A stretch of DNA of 64,000 nucleotides. Origin: a virus. Location of the stretch: positions 32,001 to 96,000 of IMG/VR virus record IMGVR_UViG_3300050343_000270, one strand, 5' to 3'. A program made the position numbers and the translations under genes. Shown here one piece after another: positions 7,133 to 16,875 of this stretch (the first letter of the stretch is position 1; each line of letters begins with the position of its first letter). The notes under the pieces are model-generated. The model was given only the letters and a program-made list of their open reading frames with translations, searched no databases and had not been told where the DNA came from.

Positions 7133-7490
7133 GTTGTTTCTGTGTTGTTTCTGTGATTCCAAACGGTTCCATTGAAGTCATAAACCTTTCTAGCAGTTCG
7201 TCGGATCTCCATGCCACTGCGCACAAGTGGTAAACCGCCTCTTCCTTATCGCCTCTCATGTAAGCCTCCTCAAAATCGATGAGGTGTCGGCATATTTGGT
7301 TGCCATCGCCAATGCTGGCATCGACATCCCAAACCATACCCTCGTCCCCAGAATGTTTTAGGTTTGAGTTGTAAGAGTGGATGGATTTGGCGACATGTGC
7401 ATTGGGAAAGTATCTTGTGATATAGTGTAGTACGCGAGCTTTGTTTCTTTCGCTGTCTTCGCGTGGAAGAATTGTATTTTTTGACTGCAT
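7107..7490 (-). CDS. DUF5664-like dATP/dGTP diphosphohydrolase domain protein
   Basis: YFPNA..., W...S....RHL..., HLCAVAWR motif pattern; start reassigned to MQSK. Confidence 0.6.
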   Translation of the reverse strand: MQSKNTILPREDSERNKARVLHYITRYFPNAHVAKSIHSYNSNLKHSGDEGMVWDVDASIGDGNQICRHLIDFEEAYMRGDKEEAVYHLCAVAWRSDELLERFMTSMEPFGITETTQKQHENTRNAR

Positions 7491-7497
7491 GTGATAT

Positions 7498-7526
7498 AAG
7501 ATAGCGCAAATTGATTCAAATGTCAA
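7498..7526 (-). promoter_or_regulatory. sigma70-like promoter reading into the cassette array
   Basis: TTGACA-17-TATCTT on minus strand. Confidence 0.7.
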
Positions 7527-7616
7527 CATGATTTATAAAAAAAAACAACAATAAATTAAAATACAAAAATTTGAATAAAAAATAGATTTTTAGGTGTAAT
7601 TATTTTAACATTTTTT

Positions 7617-7970
7617 ATGAATAAAATTTTCTGTGTATCATGTGGAACTAAAAACGTCTACGAAACAACTAAGCCTAAATTTTGTGCTAATTGTGGGGAG
7701 GCGATTTCTGGAGTATCTCAAGCAACTCAAAAGACTTCAGATGAGGTCGAAGAGGTGTCTGTGAGTAGTATTGATTTAGATGGTCTAAAGAGGGGCATTG
7801 GAGTTCAGTATAACAAATCTGTAACTAAAATTGAAGATGTTTTCGGAAAAGGGGCGGATGGATCTGCTAGCAGACGCGCTCCTAGTAATTTACCAAGTGG
7901 TAAAGACATCATCAAGCACAACATGCAAGATTGTGCGCAAGCCTCAAGATCAAAAGATATTAATGAATAA
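7617..7970 (+). CDS. Zinc-ribbon protein
   Basis: FCVSCG...FCANCG. Confidence 0.75.
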   Translation: MNKIFCVSCGTKNVYETTKPKFCANCGEAISGVSQATQKTSDEVEEVSVSSIDLDGLKRGIGVQYNKSVTKIEDVFGKGADGSASRRAPSNLPSGKDIIKHNMQDCAQASRSKDINE

Positions 7971-8643
7971 TCAATACGAGGATATGCAAGACGAGATTGA
8001 ACGTCTTCTAGCTCGTTATAGATCAAAGTGGCAATTGACCGCTTTGGCATGGCTAGATTATGATGATATCTCACAACTGATTCGCACCCATATTTACAAG
8101 AAATGGCATTTGTGGGACCAAAAGCGACCCTTCGCGCCTTGGTGTGCGCGGCTGATCTATAATCAGATTAGGAATCAAATCAGGAATCATTATGGTAATT
8201 TTGCGAAGCCGTGTCTCAAATGCTCTCACTATATGGGAGGCGAGGAATGTTCGCTTAACAAAAGCGGCAACATTAGCGCGGAATGCAGTTTATACGCCAA
8301 GTGGAAAAAGAAAAAAGAAAAGGCTTACAATCTTAAACTACCTTTATCTTTAGACCCCGCCGTTTCTATTGGAGAGACCTGTATTAAAGAAGGTATAGAC
8401 TATGAGGAGAAAACTGGGACGCTTCATAAACTTATTATTAATAAAATAACCAACGATAAACAAAAAGAGATTTACAAAATGATCTATGTTGATCACTGTT
8501 CTGATCAAGAGGTGGCGGAAAAGTTTGGTTTTAAACAAGATAAGAAAAACAGGAAAACGCCACGATATAAGCAACTAAATAACCTGAAGAAGAAATTCTA
8601 CGAAATCGGGAAGAAAATAATAGAAGAGGAGGATTTGATTTGA
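7963..8643 (+). CDS. Phage RNA polymerase sigma-factor-like protein with Cys-rich insert
   Basis: Region-2-like DYDDISQ...WDQKRPFAPW...NQIRN, C-terminal HTH (SDQEVAEKFG); start at MNNQ. Confidence 0.65.
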   Translation: MNNQYEDMQDEIERLLARYRSKWQLTALAWLDYDDISQLIRTHIYKKWHLWDQKRPFAPWCARLIYNQIRNQIRNHYGNFAKPCLKCSHYMGGEECSLNKSGNISAECSLYAKWKKKKEKAYNLKLPLSLDPAVSIGETCIKEGIDYEEKTGTLHKLIINKITNDKQKEIYKMIYVDHCSDQEVAEKFGFKQDKKNRKTPRYKQLNNLKKKFYEIGKKIIEEEDLI

Positions 8644-9704
8644 ACAAATACAAACTTTCAGACGAAGAAAAGCAACAAGTGATCAGAGAATTTAAAAAAG
8701 ACCCTGATCTTAAGCGCATTACACAAGTTGTTTCTGGTGATCCAGAGGCAGACGGTCGTCATAAGATAGGCAGGGCTATAAGAGCCTTTTTAAGCGAGCA
8801 AAACAAGGAATACAAGACTACAAAGCACGAAGAATGTAATGCAGTCAACCTAACGGAACAACAAAGGGATTTCCTTATGGGCGACCATATCGATTCTGAC
8901 ATGACTCCACTTGATATCGCTCGTATTGTTTTTGAGAATGGAGAAATTAAGAGTTTAAGCCTACATCACCGTGCTGTTATCAACTTTCTTACTCAATATC
9001 GACCAGATATCATCAACGAGAATGAAGTGGTGACTTCTGAAAGGTGGAATCCGCCGACAGCAGTTTCAAGGTCTGTTAAAAAAGTAAACGATTGGGCGGG
9101 TCAGGAAATATCTATAGAAAGCATTAGCAACAAGCATGAAAAGATGATGCGTATGCTTATCAAGTATCTCCACAGCCCCAGATTGAAGCAAACCATAAAT
9201 GAGTATTGCCGCGTTACTGACAGGGAGTTATTTGAGAGTGAATTTGTGCGAGCGACATGGGATAAGCCCGATTTGACCTCCGATGAGCAAAATCAATACA
9301 TAACCCTATGTACCAACTACGTCAGAATTAAGCACATACAGGCGCGACTAGATAAATTGAACAAGATGCTCGATGACATGGGTGACGACGCACAGGGGGC
9401 AACTATACGCTTTACAGAGCTTATTAAGACCACTAGTGAGGAACTCAATCAATGCGAGAAGCGAGTAGAGGCTCTTACGAAGAGTCTGAATGGTAGTCGT
9501 CAAGACAGATTGAAGGCGAAAGGTGAAAGAAGTGGATCTATCGAAGCTTTGGTTGAAGCGTTTCAAGACAAGCAAGATCGTGATCTTATGATCAAGATGG
9601 CTGAAATGAAAAAACGCCTTGTGGCAGATACTGCGGATAAGTTGGAGACAATGAGTGAGTTTAAGGCTCGCGTCCTTGGGATTTCAAAAGAAGAATTGTT
9701 ATGA
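8640..9704 (+). CDS. Hypothetical helical protein, terminase small subunit candidate
   Basis: 354 aa, coiled-coil C-terminus, upstream of TerL. Confidence 0.45.
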   Translation: MNKYKLSDEEKQQVIREFKKDPDLKRITQVVSGDPEADGRHKIGRAIRAFLSEQNKEYKTTKHEECNAVNLTEQQRDFLMGDHIDSDMTPLDIARIVFENGEIKSLSLHHRAVINFLTQYRPDIINENEVVTSERWNPPTAVSRSVKKVNDWAGQEISIESISNKHEKMMRMLIKYLHSPRLKQTINEYCRVTDRELFESEFVRATWDKPDLTSDEQNQYITLCTNYVRIKHIQARLDKLNKMLDDMGDDAQGATIRFTELIKTTSEELNQCEKRVEALTKSLNGSRQDRLKAKGERSGSIEALVEAFQDKQDRDLMIKMAEMKKRLVADTADKLETMSEFKARVLGISKEELL

Positions 9705-10648
9705 GTGAATTTGAATGTAAAGAATGCGGTAAAACCTTCACATCCAGAAGGGGTTTACACCAGCATACAAAATGTCATTTTGACAGCCTTGCGGAGTATT
9801 ATGTTAAACACCATCCACGCTACGATCTATTTTCAAAAGAACCTATACCTTTTAAAAAATACAGTCAATATGTGGATACTGATTTTGTTTCTTACGACAA
9901 TTATTTAAAGTGGATCAAGGTAAGCCCATCGTCCGAAGTAAAAGAATACATTATTAAGAAATTTAAACAAAAAGCAGAACACAAAGAACTTGGGTTTATG
10001 CCGCCCAATGCTTTTTATGATTTGTATGAGATGCCGAACATCATGACCATGCGGAATGTGTGGGGAAGTTACAACGCATTTTGCAAAGAGATTGGTCTTC
10101 CAGTTAAGCTAAACAAAAAACTTCCAGAATCATTTTGGAGTAATGATGCCTCAGATATTACTGTGATGGTTGACACAAGGGAGCAGTTACCGTTTTCATA
10201 TAAAAATAGTATTAGTCAGAAACTGGACTTTGGTGATTACACGGCGGCGGGGGAAGATTTCTCCAAGACATTCGTGGACAGAAAGTCTGTTGGCGATTTT
10301 AGATCGACTTTTGGTAAGGATATAGATAGGTTTAGAAGAGAAATGGATCGTTGTGTTCAGTTTGATTCTTACATGTTTGTTGTAGTCGAGGATTCCATCC
10401 AAGGAGTGAAAGAGGCTAATAAAAAAACAAAATTCAAAAGCAATCTTAATTATGTATGGCACAATGTCCGAGATCTTATGATAGAGTATCCTGACAACCT
10501 TCAATTTATATTCGCTTATTCGCGCAACGGAGCTAAAAAGATTACTCCAAAAATCTTAAAACATGGACAGGATTTATGGAAGGTAGACTTGCAATACTAT
10601 ATCGAAAATAGGGTTTGCGGTAAACAAAGGGTCAGCATGAAAAGGTGA
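9701..10648 (+). CDS. C2H2 zinc finger plus ERCC4/XPF-type nuclease
   Basis: CKECGKTF...LHQHTKCH; VDTREQ...GDY...DRKS..DF. Confidence 0.75.
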   Translation: MSEFECKECGKTFTSRRGLHQHTKCHFDSLAEYYVKHHPRYDLFSKEPIPFKKYSQYVDTDFVSYDNYLKWIKVSPSSEVKEYIIKKFKQKAEHKELGFMPPNAFYDLYEMPNIMTMRNVWGSYNAFCKEIGLPVKLNKKLPESFWSNDASDITVMVDTREQLPFSYKNSISQKLDFGDYTAAGEDFSKTFVDRKSVGDFRSTFGKDIDRFRREMDRCVQFDSYMFVVVEDSIQGVKEANKKTKFKSNLNYVWHNVRDLMIEYPDNLQFIFAYSRNGAKKITPKILKHGQDLWKVDLQYYIENRVCGKQRVSMKR

Positions 10649-10703
10649 TCGTATTAAAAAGATTTTATAATTATAAAAAACAAATTTAGAAGGAATTTAG
10701 ATT

Positions 10704-12602
10704 GTGGCTTGGGATAAAGGAAAACAGCGTTATAGATATGAGTATTCAGCGACGAAAATCAACGAGAAATTGTTGGCTATTGAAGGGGATATGAAAGAAG
10801 AGGAGGCGAAATATCAACTGTATCGTTTTTTACGAAACAATGTTGGTTATACTTGCGAACTCTTTCTTGGGGTTAGATTATTTCCGTTTCAGGAAATGGC
10901 GATAAAATCTATGATGATCGGAGATTACTCGATGTTCGTCTTTTCTCGTGGTTTATCAAAGACTTTCTCAACAGCCATCTATGTTATTTTAGAATGCTTA
11001 TTGAATCCTAGCGCAAATATTGGTGTTATTGCTGGGACATTCCGTCAGTCCAAACAAATATTTTCAAAGATTGAAGATATCATGGCAAAGCCCGAAGCGG
11101 CTATGGCGCGAGAGTCTGGATACAAGCTTTCCAAAGGAACAGATGCATGGACAATGAAGATTGGTAAAAACAAAGCAATTGCTTTACCCTTGGCTAACGG
11201 GGAGAGACTTCGTGGTTTTCGTTTTAATCGTATTGTGCTTGACGAGTTCCTAACCATACCAGAAAAGATTTTCACCGAAGTTATTTTGCCGTTTCTCGGT
11301 GTTGTTGAAAACCCTACGGAAAGGGAAGAGATTTACGATATAGAGAGTATGTTGATTGACTCTGGAGAAATGAAAGAGTCTGACAGGCATGTTTGGTCCA
11401 ATAACAAACTAATCATTCTATCATCGCCAAGTTTCAAGTTCGAATACATGTATAAATTATACTGTAAATACCGAGACCTTATCAGCGGCGTATACGAGAG
11501 TGCCGACGAAGAAGATGACGAGGACGCGGCGGATGATGCTTATCGTATTATTATGCAGTTAAGTTATGACTGTGCGCCGAATACACTTTATGATAAAAAC
11601 CTTTTGAAGCAAGCTAAATCAACAATGAGCGAAATGCAGTTCGAGCGAGAGTTTGGTGGTCAGTTCGTGGATGAGAGTGATGGTTATTTTCGTTTATCTA
11701 AGATGATGAAATGCACTATTCCTGATGGCGAATACCCTGCGGCAGAAGTGGTGGGTAATCCTAAAGATCAATACATACTATCATTTGACCCTAACTGGGC
11801 TGGAAATACAAGCGCCGACCACTTTGCTATGCACGTGTTTAAGCTATTGCCTGACTCCAAGAAGTCTTGCTTAGTCCACAGTTATGCAATCGCGGGAGTT
11901 TCTCTAAAAGACCACATGAGGTATTTTCATTATATATTAACTCATTTTAATATCGTGGGTATCTGCGGTGACTATAACGGAGGGGTTCAGTTTATCGACA
12001 GTTGTAACGAAAGTGAATTATTCAAATCGTCAAATATCAATATTGGAGTAATAGGAATGGATATTGACAAATCAGAAGAATATAATGACAACATGGTCAA
12101 GCTTAAAAATGAATATAATATTAGTGGTAGAAAATATTGTATTCTAAGGAAGCCCACATCTCAGTGGATTCGTTCAGGAAACGAACTACTTCAAGCAAAT
12201 ATTGACCACCAGAAAATTCTATTTGGGGCTAGATCGGTAGATGACCACTTTGACGCTCAAAGAAAAAAGAAACTTCCCATTACTCAGATAAAATGGGACA
12301 TGAATATGTTGGGTAGCAACAATTCTGCTAAGATGATCGACTTCATAGACCACCAAAAAACCATAATCGAACTTACAAAGTCAGAATGTGCAAATATTGA
12401 AGTTAAGAGCAACCCCCAAGGTAGCCAATCTTTCGATTTACCCCAAAATCTTAAGAGAGCAACTGGTCCCAACAGAGCGCGAAAAGACTCCTATTCCGCA
12501 CTAGTTCTAGGAAATTGGTTTATCAAACTATACTACGACATGAATGAAGCAAAAGATAAACCCAAACCTGTTAACGACTTCATTCCAAGAATCATAAAGT
12601 AA
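10704..12602 (+). CDS. terL: Terminase large subunit
   Basis: Walker A-like SRGLSKT, LRGFRFNRIVLDE Walker B, FEREF, RNaseH-like SFDP and KDSYSAL. Confidence 0.9.
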   Translation: MAWDKGKQRYRYEYSATKINEKLLAIEGDMKEEEAKYQLYRFLRNNVGYTCELFLGVRLFPFQEMAIKSMMIGDYSMFVFSRGLSKTFSTAIYVILECLLNPSANIGVIAGTFRQSKQIFSKIEDIMAKPEAAMARESGYKLSKGTDAWTMKIGKNKAIALPLANGERLRGFRFNRIVLDEFLTIPEKIFTEVILPFLGVVENPTEREEIYDIESMLIDSGEMKESDRHVWSNNKLIILSSPSFKFEYMYKLYCKYRDLISGVYESADEEDDEDAADDAYRIIMQLSYDCAPNTLYDKNLLKQAKSTMSEMQFEREFGGQFVDESDGYFRLSKMMKCTIPDGEYPAAEVVGNPKDQYILSFDPNWAGNTSADHFAMHVFKLLPDSKKSCLVHSYAIAGVSLKDHMRYFHYILTHFNIVGICGDYNGGVQFIDSCNESELFKSSNINIGVIGMDIDKSEEYNDNMVKLKNEYNISGRKYCILRKPTSQWIRSGNELLQANIDHQKILFGARSVDDHFDAQRKKKLPITQIKWDMNMLGSNNSAKMIDFIDHQKTIIELTKSECANIEVKSNPQGSQSFDLPQNLKRATGPNRARKDSYSALVLGNWFIKLYYDMNEAKDKPKPVNDFIPRIIK

Positions 12603-12640
12603 AAAATTCGACTTTGAAAAGTTAAAGTGTAACAATTGAC

Positions 12641-14677
12641 ATGGCGAAAAAGAGAAAATATACAAAACGTTCCGATTACTGGGAAAAAAGAAAAAATCAA
12701 GGTCAAGATAAGAGCTTGGAGGCACTTGCGTCAGCAAATCAGCCAGAAGTCTTTGAGCCAAAAATGCTTGGAGATAACCTATACGAAACTACAGCCTCAA
12801 GAAGCCTTCGCCCAAATAACGCACAACGTTCTAAATCTAGAAAAAACTCAACAGCCACAACCTTGGCGACAGATCGTTTTAAGAATATCGATGACGGTTT
12901 ATTGCCGTTCGCCTACTCGGAAGACTCTGTTAGTGCTGGCGACGCAATTAGGTTGACTCAAAAAGCTTATTTTAATATTGCGGCGTTTCGTAGCACAATC
13001 GATCTTCTTTCTGAGTTTGCAGATGCAGACATCTACCTTGATGGTGGAAGCGCAAAATCGCGTAAACTAATCAAAGCTTGGTTGCAAAGAATCAATATCG
13101 ACGATTTAAAAAGCCAATATTTTAGAGAATATTATAGATCAAGTAACTTCTTCGCGCACCGTATTGATGGAAAACTCAAAGCTACAAATGCAGGGAAACT
13201 GTATGAGGCTTATGGGGCGCAAACTAACAAAAACTTCAAAATACCTATCCGATATCTTGTTCTTAATCCCACTGATATTGTAGCTAAAAATTCTCTATCT
13301 TTCTCACATCAAGAATACGCCAAAGTATTAACTCCGTTTGAAGTGGCTCGTTTGAAAAATCCCCAAACAGAACACGAAAAGGAAACCTACGAATCTCTCC
13401 CTGAAGAAACACAAAAGATGATTCAGTCTGGGGCTGGCGGGTTATCTAATGAAAGGGCTGAAATCAAACTTGATTCAAAGTTCCTTCATGCGATCTTTGC
13501 TAAGAAGCAAGACTATGAACCTTTAGCTGTCCCATACGCGTTCTCTGTTCTTGATGATATGAACAAGAAGATGGAGCTAAAGAAAATAGATCAGGCGATT
13601 GCTCGTTCTATTGAGAATGTTGTGTTGCTGGTTACAATGGGCGCAGAGCCAGACAAGGGCGGAATTAACCATAAGGCTATCGATGCCATGCAACAAATCT
13701 TCCAAAACGAAAGTGTTGGTCGTGTTCTTGTTTCCGATTATACAACGAAAGCGGATTTTGTCATACCTGACCTAAAGAAAGTAATGGGTGCTGAGAAATA
13801 CGAAATTCTAAACAAAGATATTCAAGAAGGTCTACAGAACGTTCTAATCGGAGATACAAAATATTCTGATGGTTCTATGAAAATGAAAATATTCATGAGC
13901 CGCCTACAAGAATCAAGAAATCAATTTCTTAAAGAGTTTTTACAACCAGAAATCAAGAGGATCTGCAAAGGTCTTGGTTTAAAAAGTTATCCAGAAGTAA
14001 AATTCGTAAACACGGATACTTTAGACAATTCAGATTTGACCAAACTAGCCACAAGAATGATGGAGCTTGGCATACTAACTCCAGAGCAAGGCATGGATGT
14101 CGTTCATAGGGGTGAGTTCCCTCAAGCTGTTGATCTAAAGCCCTCGCAAGAAGAATTTAAAGAATCTCGCGAGAAGGGTTACTACACACCGATGGTGAAC
14201 AGTATTAATTTCTACGAAAACGAAGAGGATAGTCCCAACAGCGTAAGCAAACCTTCTGGAAACGGCAATCCAGCCGCGCCATCTGGAGAGGGTAGACCTG
14301 CCAGCGTAACTAATCCATCGCCTTCGGGTGGAAGACCAATGGGTCAATCTAACGCCTCTATTTCCAAGAGTAATCTTATTGAAGTTACAAACAAAGCAAG
14401 TGAATTTGAAACAAAAGCTTATAGAGATTTTGCTTTTAAATATGGAATGGATGAATTAGACGAAAACCGCAAGGATCTTGTGGGTAGGGTTTGCGAATCA
14501 ATCTTTGCTTCTAAGGAAATGGACGAATGGGAAGCCACGCTTGCTAAGGTGGTTGACAATTTAGAAGAGATTCAGTCACTCGATGCAAAACCTGAAGTCT
14601 TGGATTTTGGAGCAGAACATAACTTAAATGATTTATGCTCTGCAATTTTATATCATTCTACTAAAATTTCTGTGTAA
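12641..14677 (+). CDS. Portal protein
   Basis: 678 aa immediately after TerL; synteny. Confidence 0.75.
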   Translation: MAKKRKYTKRSDYWEKRKNQGQDKSLEALASANQPEVFEPKMLGDNLYETTASRSLRPNNAQRSKSRKNSTATTLATDRFKNIDDGLLPFAYSEDSVSAGDAIRLTQKAYFNIAAFRSTIDLLSEFADADIYLDGGSAKSRKLIKAWLQRINIDDLKSQYFREYYRSSNFFAHRIDGKLKATNAGKLYEAYGAQTNKNFKIPIRYLVLNPTDIVAKNSLSFSHQEYAKVLTPFEVARLKNPQTEHEKETYESLPEETQKMIQSGAGGLSNERAEIKLDSKFLHAIFAKKQDYEPLAVPYAFSVLDDMNKKMELKKIDQAIARSIENVVLLVTMGAEPDKGGINHKAIDAMQQIFQNESVGRVLVSDYTTKADFVIPDLKKVMGAEKYEILNKDIQEGLQNVLIGDTKYSDGSMKMKIFMSRLQESRNQFLKEFLQPEIKRICKGLGLKSYPEVKFVNTDTLDNSDLTKLATRMMELGILTPEQGMDVVHRGEFPQAVDLKPSQEEFKESREKGYYTPMVNSINFYENEEDSPNSVSKPSGNGNPAAPSGEGRPASVTNPSPSGGRPMGQSNASISKSNLIEVTNKASEFETKAYRDFAFKYGMDELDENRKDLVGRVCESIFASKEMDEWEATLAKVVDNLEEIQSLDAKPEVLDFGAEHNLNDLCSAILYHSTKISV

Positions 14678-14685
14678 GGAATGTT

Positions 14686-16206
14686 ATGGCAGAAAAGAAG
14701 AAAGAGTTTAGTTTTCAAATAGCTCCAAAGTTTAAAGTATTAGATGTTCAGAGTTTTGATGATGTAGAAGTTTCAGAAGCTTCCGTCAAGTCAATGTTGC
14801 CAGAGGGCTTTAACGCCAAGATGAACATTGATTTGATGCCAGTCGTTTTTAACTTGGCTGTAGTTAACGAGGTTAATCAGAATGATGATGCCATGAATAC
14901 AATGGCGGCAATCAAATGTGTAAAGAATTTCGCTAACAAACCAATCAACATAGAACACAAAAAGCACAAAATTGTTGGTCACATGATCAATGCGTCGCTT
15001 TCTGAAAAAGAGTTTGATTTTGGCGATAACGACATTGAATCATACGCCGACAAAACCGAACCGTTTTACCTGAATGCTTTTGGCTTTATTTACAGAAAGA
15101 TTTTCCCTGATCTAGCAGAATCCATCATAGAGTCTGCCAGCGAAGACAGTGAAGATTACCAAAACATTTCAACAAGTTGGGAGTTAGCTTCTCGTCAATT
15201 TAAGATTATCAAGGGCAATAGTAAAAAGGTTTGCGAATGCGAATTTGTTGAACAGGATGACTACGAAGAGTATCGAGCATACCTAAAAAGATTTGGGGGA
15301 TCTGGAAAAGATAAAAATGGAGATAGTGTAGCACGAGTTTTTTGTGGTGATGTTATCCCATTGGGCGCAGGTCTAACCATGAAGCCAGCCGCAAGAGTGA
15401 AAGGAATCTATCCAGTTGACCCAAACAAAGAAGAATCAAAGGATGAAAAAGCGGTCGCCAATAAACAAAAAAATTCCCAATTAGAGAAAAAAGATGTAAC
15501 AACAAACAAATCAAATATTTTAAATATGGACGAAAAACAATTCCAAGAATTCGTAAAACAGACTACCGAAGCAATCGCTTCCGTTGTTAAGGGCGACGAT
15601 CAAGCTAAATCAATTGGCATTTTGATGCAGGAAACCCTTGAAAAACACGGCGAAAGCTGGAAGTCTAAAGTTGACCTAGAGTCAGAAGCTCGTGAAAACA
15701 CCGAAAAGGAACTTAAGTCCCTACAGGACCAGCACCTTGAGGTTTCCAACGAACTTGATAAGTTGAAAACTGAAATTGAAGCGAAAGCTTCTGCCGAGCT
15801 ATTTAACGACCGCATGAATCATTTCGATGACAAATACGACCTTTCTGAAGAAGAGAGTAAGATCATCGCTTCTAAACTCAAGGCGGTCAAAGAAGACGAA
15901 GCATTTGAAGTTTTGAAAAACGAGATCGAAGTCATCTTCGCCCACAAGGATAAAGAGACTATGGCTCAAGCCAAAAAAGATCAAGACGCACTTATCGAGC
16001 AAGCTATTGCTGAGAAACTCGAAAAGAGCGACGCAAAAACTGACGAGACAGAAGTTAAAGCTTCAACTGAAGAAGAAACTGAAACTGAAATCGAAACCGA
16101 AGAGATCGAAGCTGAATCTTCGCTCCCTAACGGAAACGGTGAAGGAACTCAGGAAGAAACTCTTTATGAAAAAGCCAAGGCTGGTTTCGCATACAAAATC
16201 TCCTAA
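14686..16206 (+). CDS. Prohead protease / scaffold fusion
   Basis: NxNDD, KPINIEH...IVGH, TSWE motifs; acidic coiled-coil C-terminal half. Confidence 0.7.
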   Translation: MAEKKKEFSFQIAPKFKVLDVQSFDDVEVSEASVKSMLPEGFNAKMNIDLMPVVFNLAVVNEVNQNDDAMNTMAAIKCVKNFANKPINIEHKKHKIVGHMINASLSEKEFDFGDNDIESYADKTEPFYLNAFGFIYRKIFPDLAESIIESASEDSEDYQNISTSWELASRQFKIIKGNSKKVCECEFVEQDDYEEYRAYLKRFGGSGKDKNGDSVARVFCGDVIPLGAGLTMKPAARVKGIYPVDPNKEESKDEKAVANKQKNSQLEKKDVTTNKSNILNMDEKQFQEFVKQTTEAIASVVKGDDQAKSIGILMQETLEKHGESWKSKVDLESEARENTEKELKSLQDQHLEVSNELDKLKTEIEAKASAELFNDRMNHFDDKYDLSEEESKIIASKLKAVKEDEAFEVLKNEIEVIFAHKDKETMAQAKKDQDALIEQAIAEKLEKSDAKTDETEVKASTEEETETEIETEEIEAESSLPNGNGEGTQEETLYEKAKAGFAYKIS

Positions 16207-16233
16207 TTAAACAATCTACTAACTATAACTATT

Positions 16234-16857
16234 ATGGCAAACGAAATTACACGACTATTACCATACCGTAGCTACGATGAGAATGATGTTATCAACTTCT
16301 ATTCTCTTGACGCAGTAACGGGTGAAGCTGGTTCTGTTGTTCAGGTTAGCTCTGCTAATCTCACCGACGAACCTGTATCTATGACCACAAGGGGCGACTC
16401 TGATTCTTATAACAATGTTATGGGAAATGGATACTCTCCTTATCCAGAAGTTAATTACAAAGTAAGCAAAGTTGCTGGAACTGGAGCCGCTGTGCGTCCT
16501 CTAGGAATCATGCTACGCGATGTAAGAGCTAATGACGAAAACGGACAAAACTTGATCTACGATTCAGTGAAGCGCGAAGAGCTTCAGTGCGTTATTTCTG
16601 GTCAAGCTGTTCCAATCGCTACCAAAGGCATTTTCACTGTTAATGTGAACGCGCTTGCTGGTGGAGTTGCTCCTGCTGTTAACTCTCTTGCTGTCCCAGC
16701 CGCAAACGGAACTCTTACTGGAGTTGCTTTCGCTTCCGCTGAACAAGCTGAGAAGGACGCCGCTGTTGGAAAATTCATCGCAACTGGCGACCGTGTCGGA
16801 CAATCTTCGACTGACGCTTTTGAAGGTGCATACGCAATACTTAAACTTGAACTCTAA
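16234..16857 (+). CDS. Head decoration / cement protein
   Basis: Ala/Val/Gly-rich, directly before the capsid gene, high-expression codon bias. Confidence 0.6.
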   Translation: MANEITRLLPYRSYDENDVINFYSLDAVTGEAGSVVQVSSANLTDEPVSMTTRGDSDSYNNVMGNGYSPYPEVNYKVSKVAGTGAAVRPLGIMLRDVRANDENGQNLIYDSVKREELQCVISGQAVPIATKGIFTVNVNALAGGVAPAVNSLAVPAANGTLTGVAFASAEQAEKDAAVGKFIATGDRVGQSSTDAFEGAYAILKLEL

Positions 16858-16875
16858 TCCACATCCTCTACAAAA

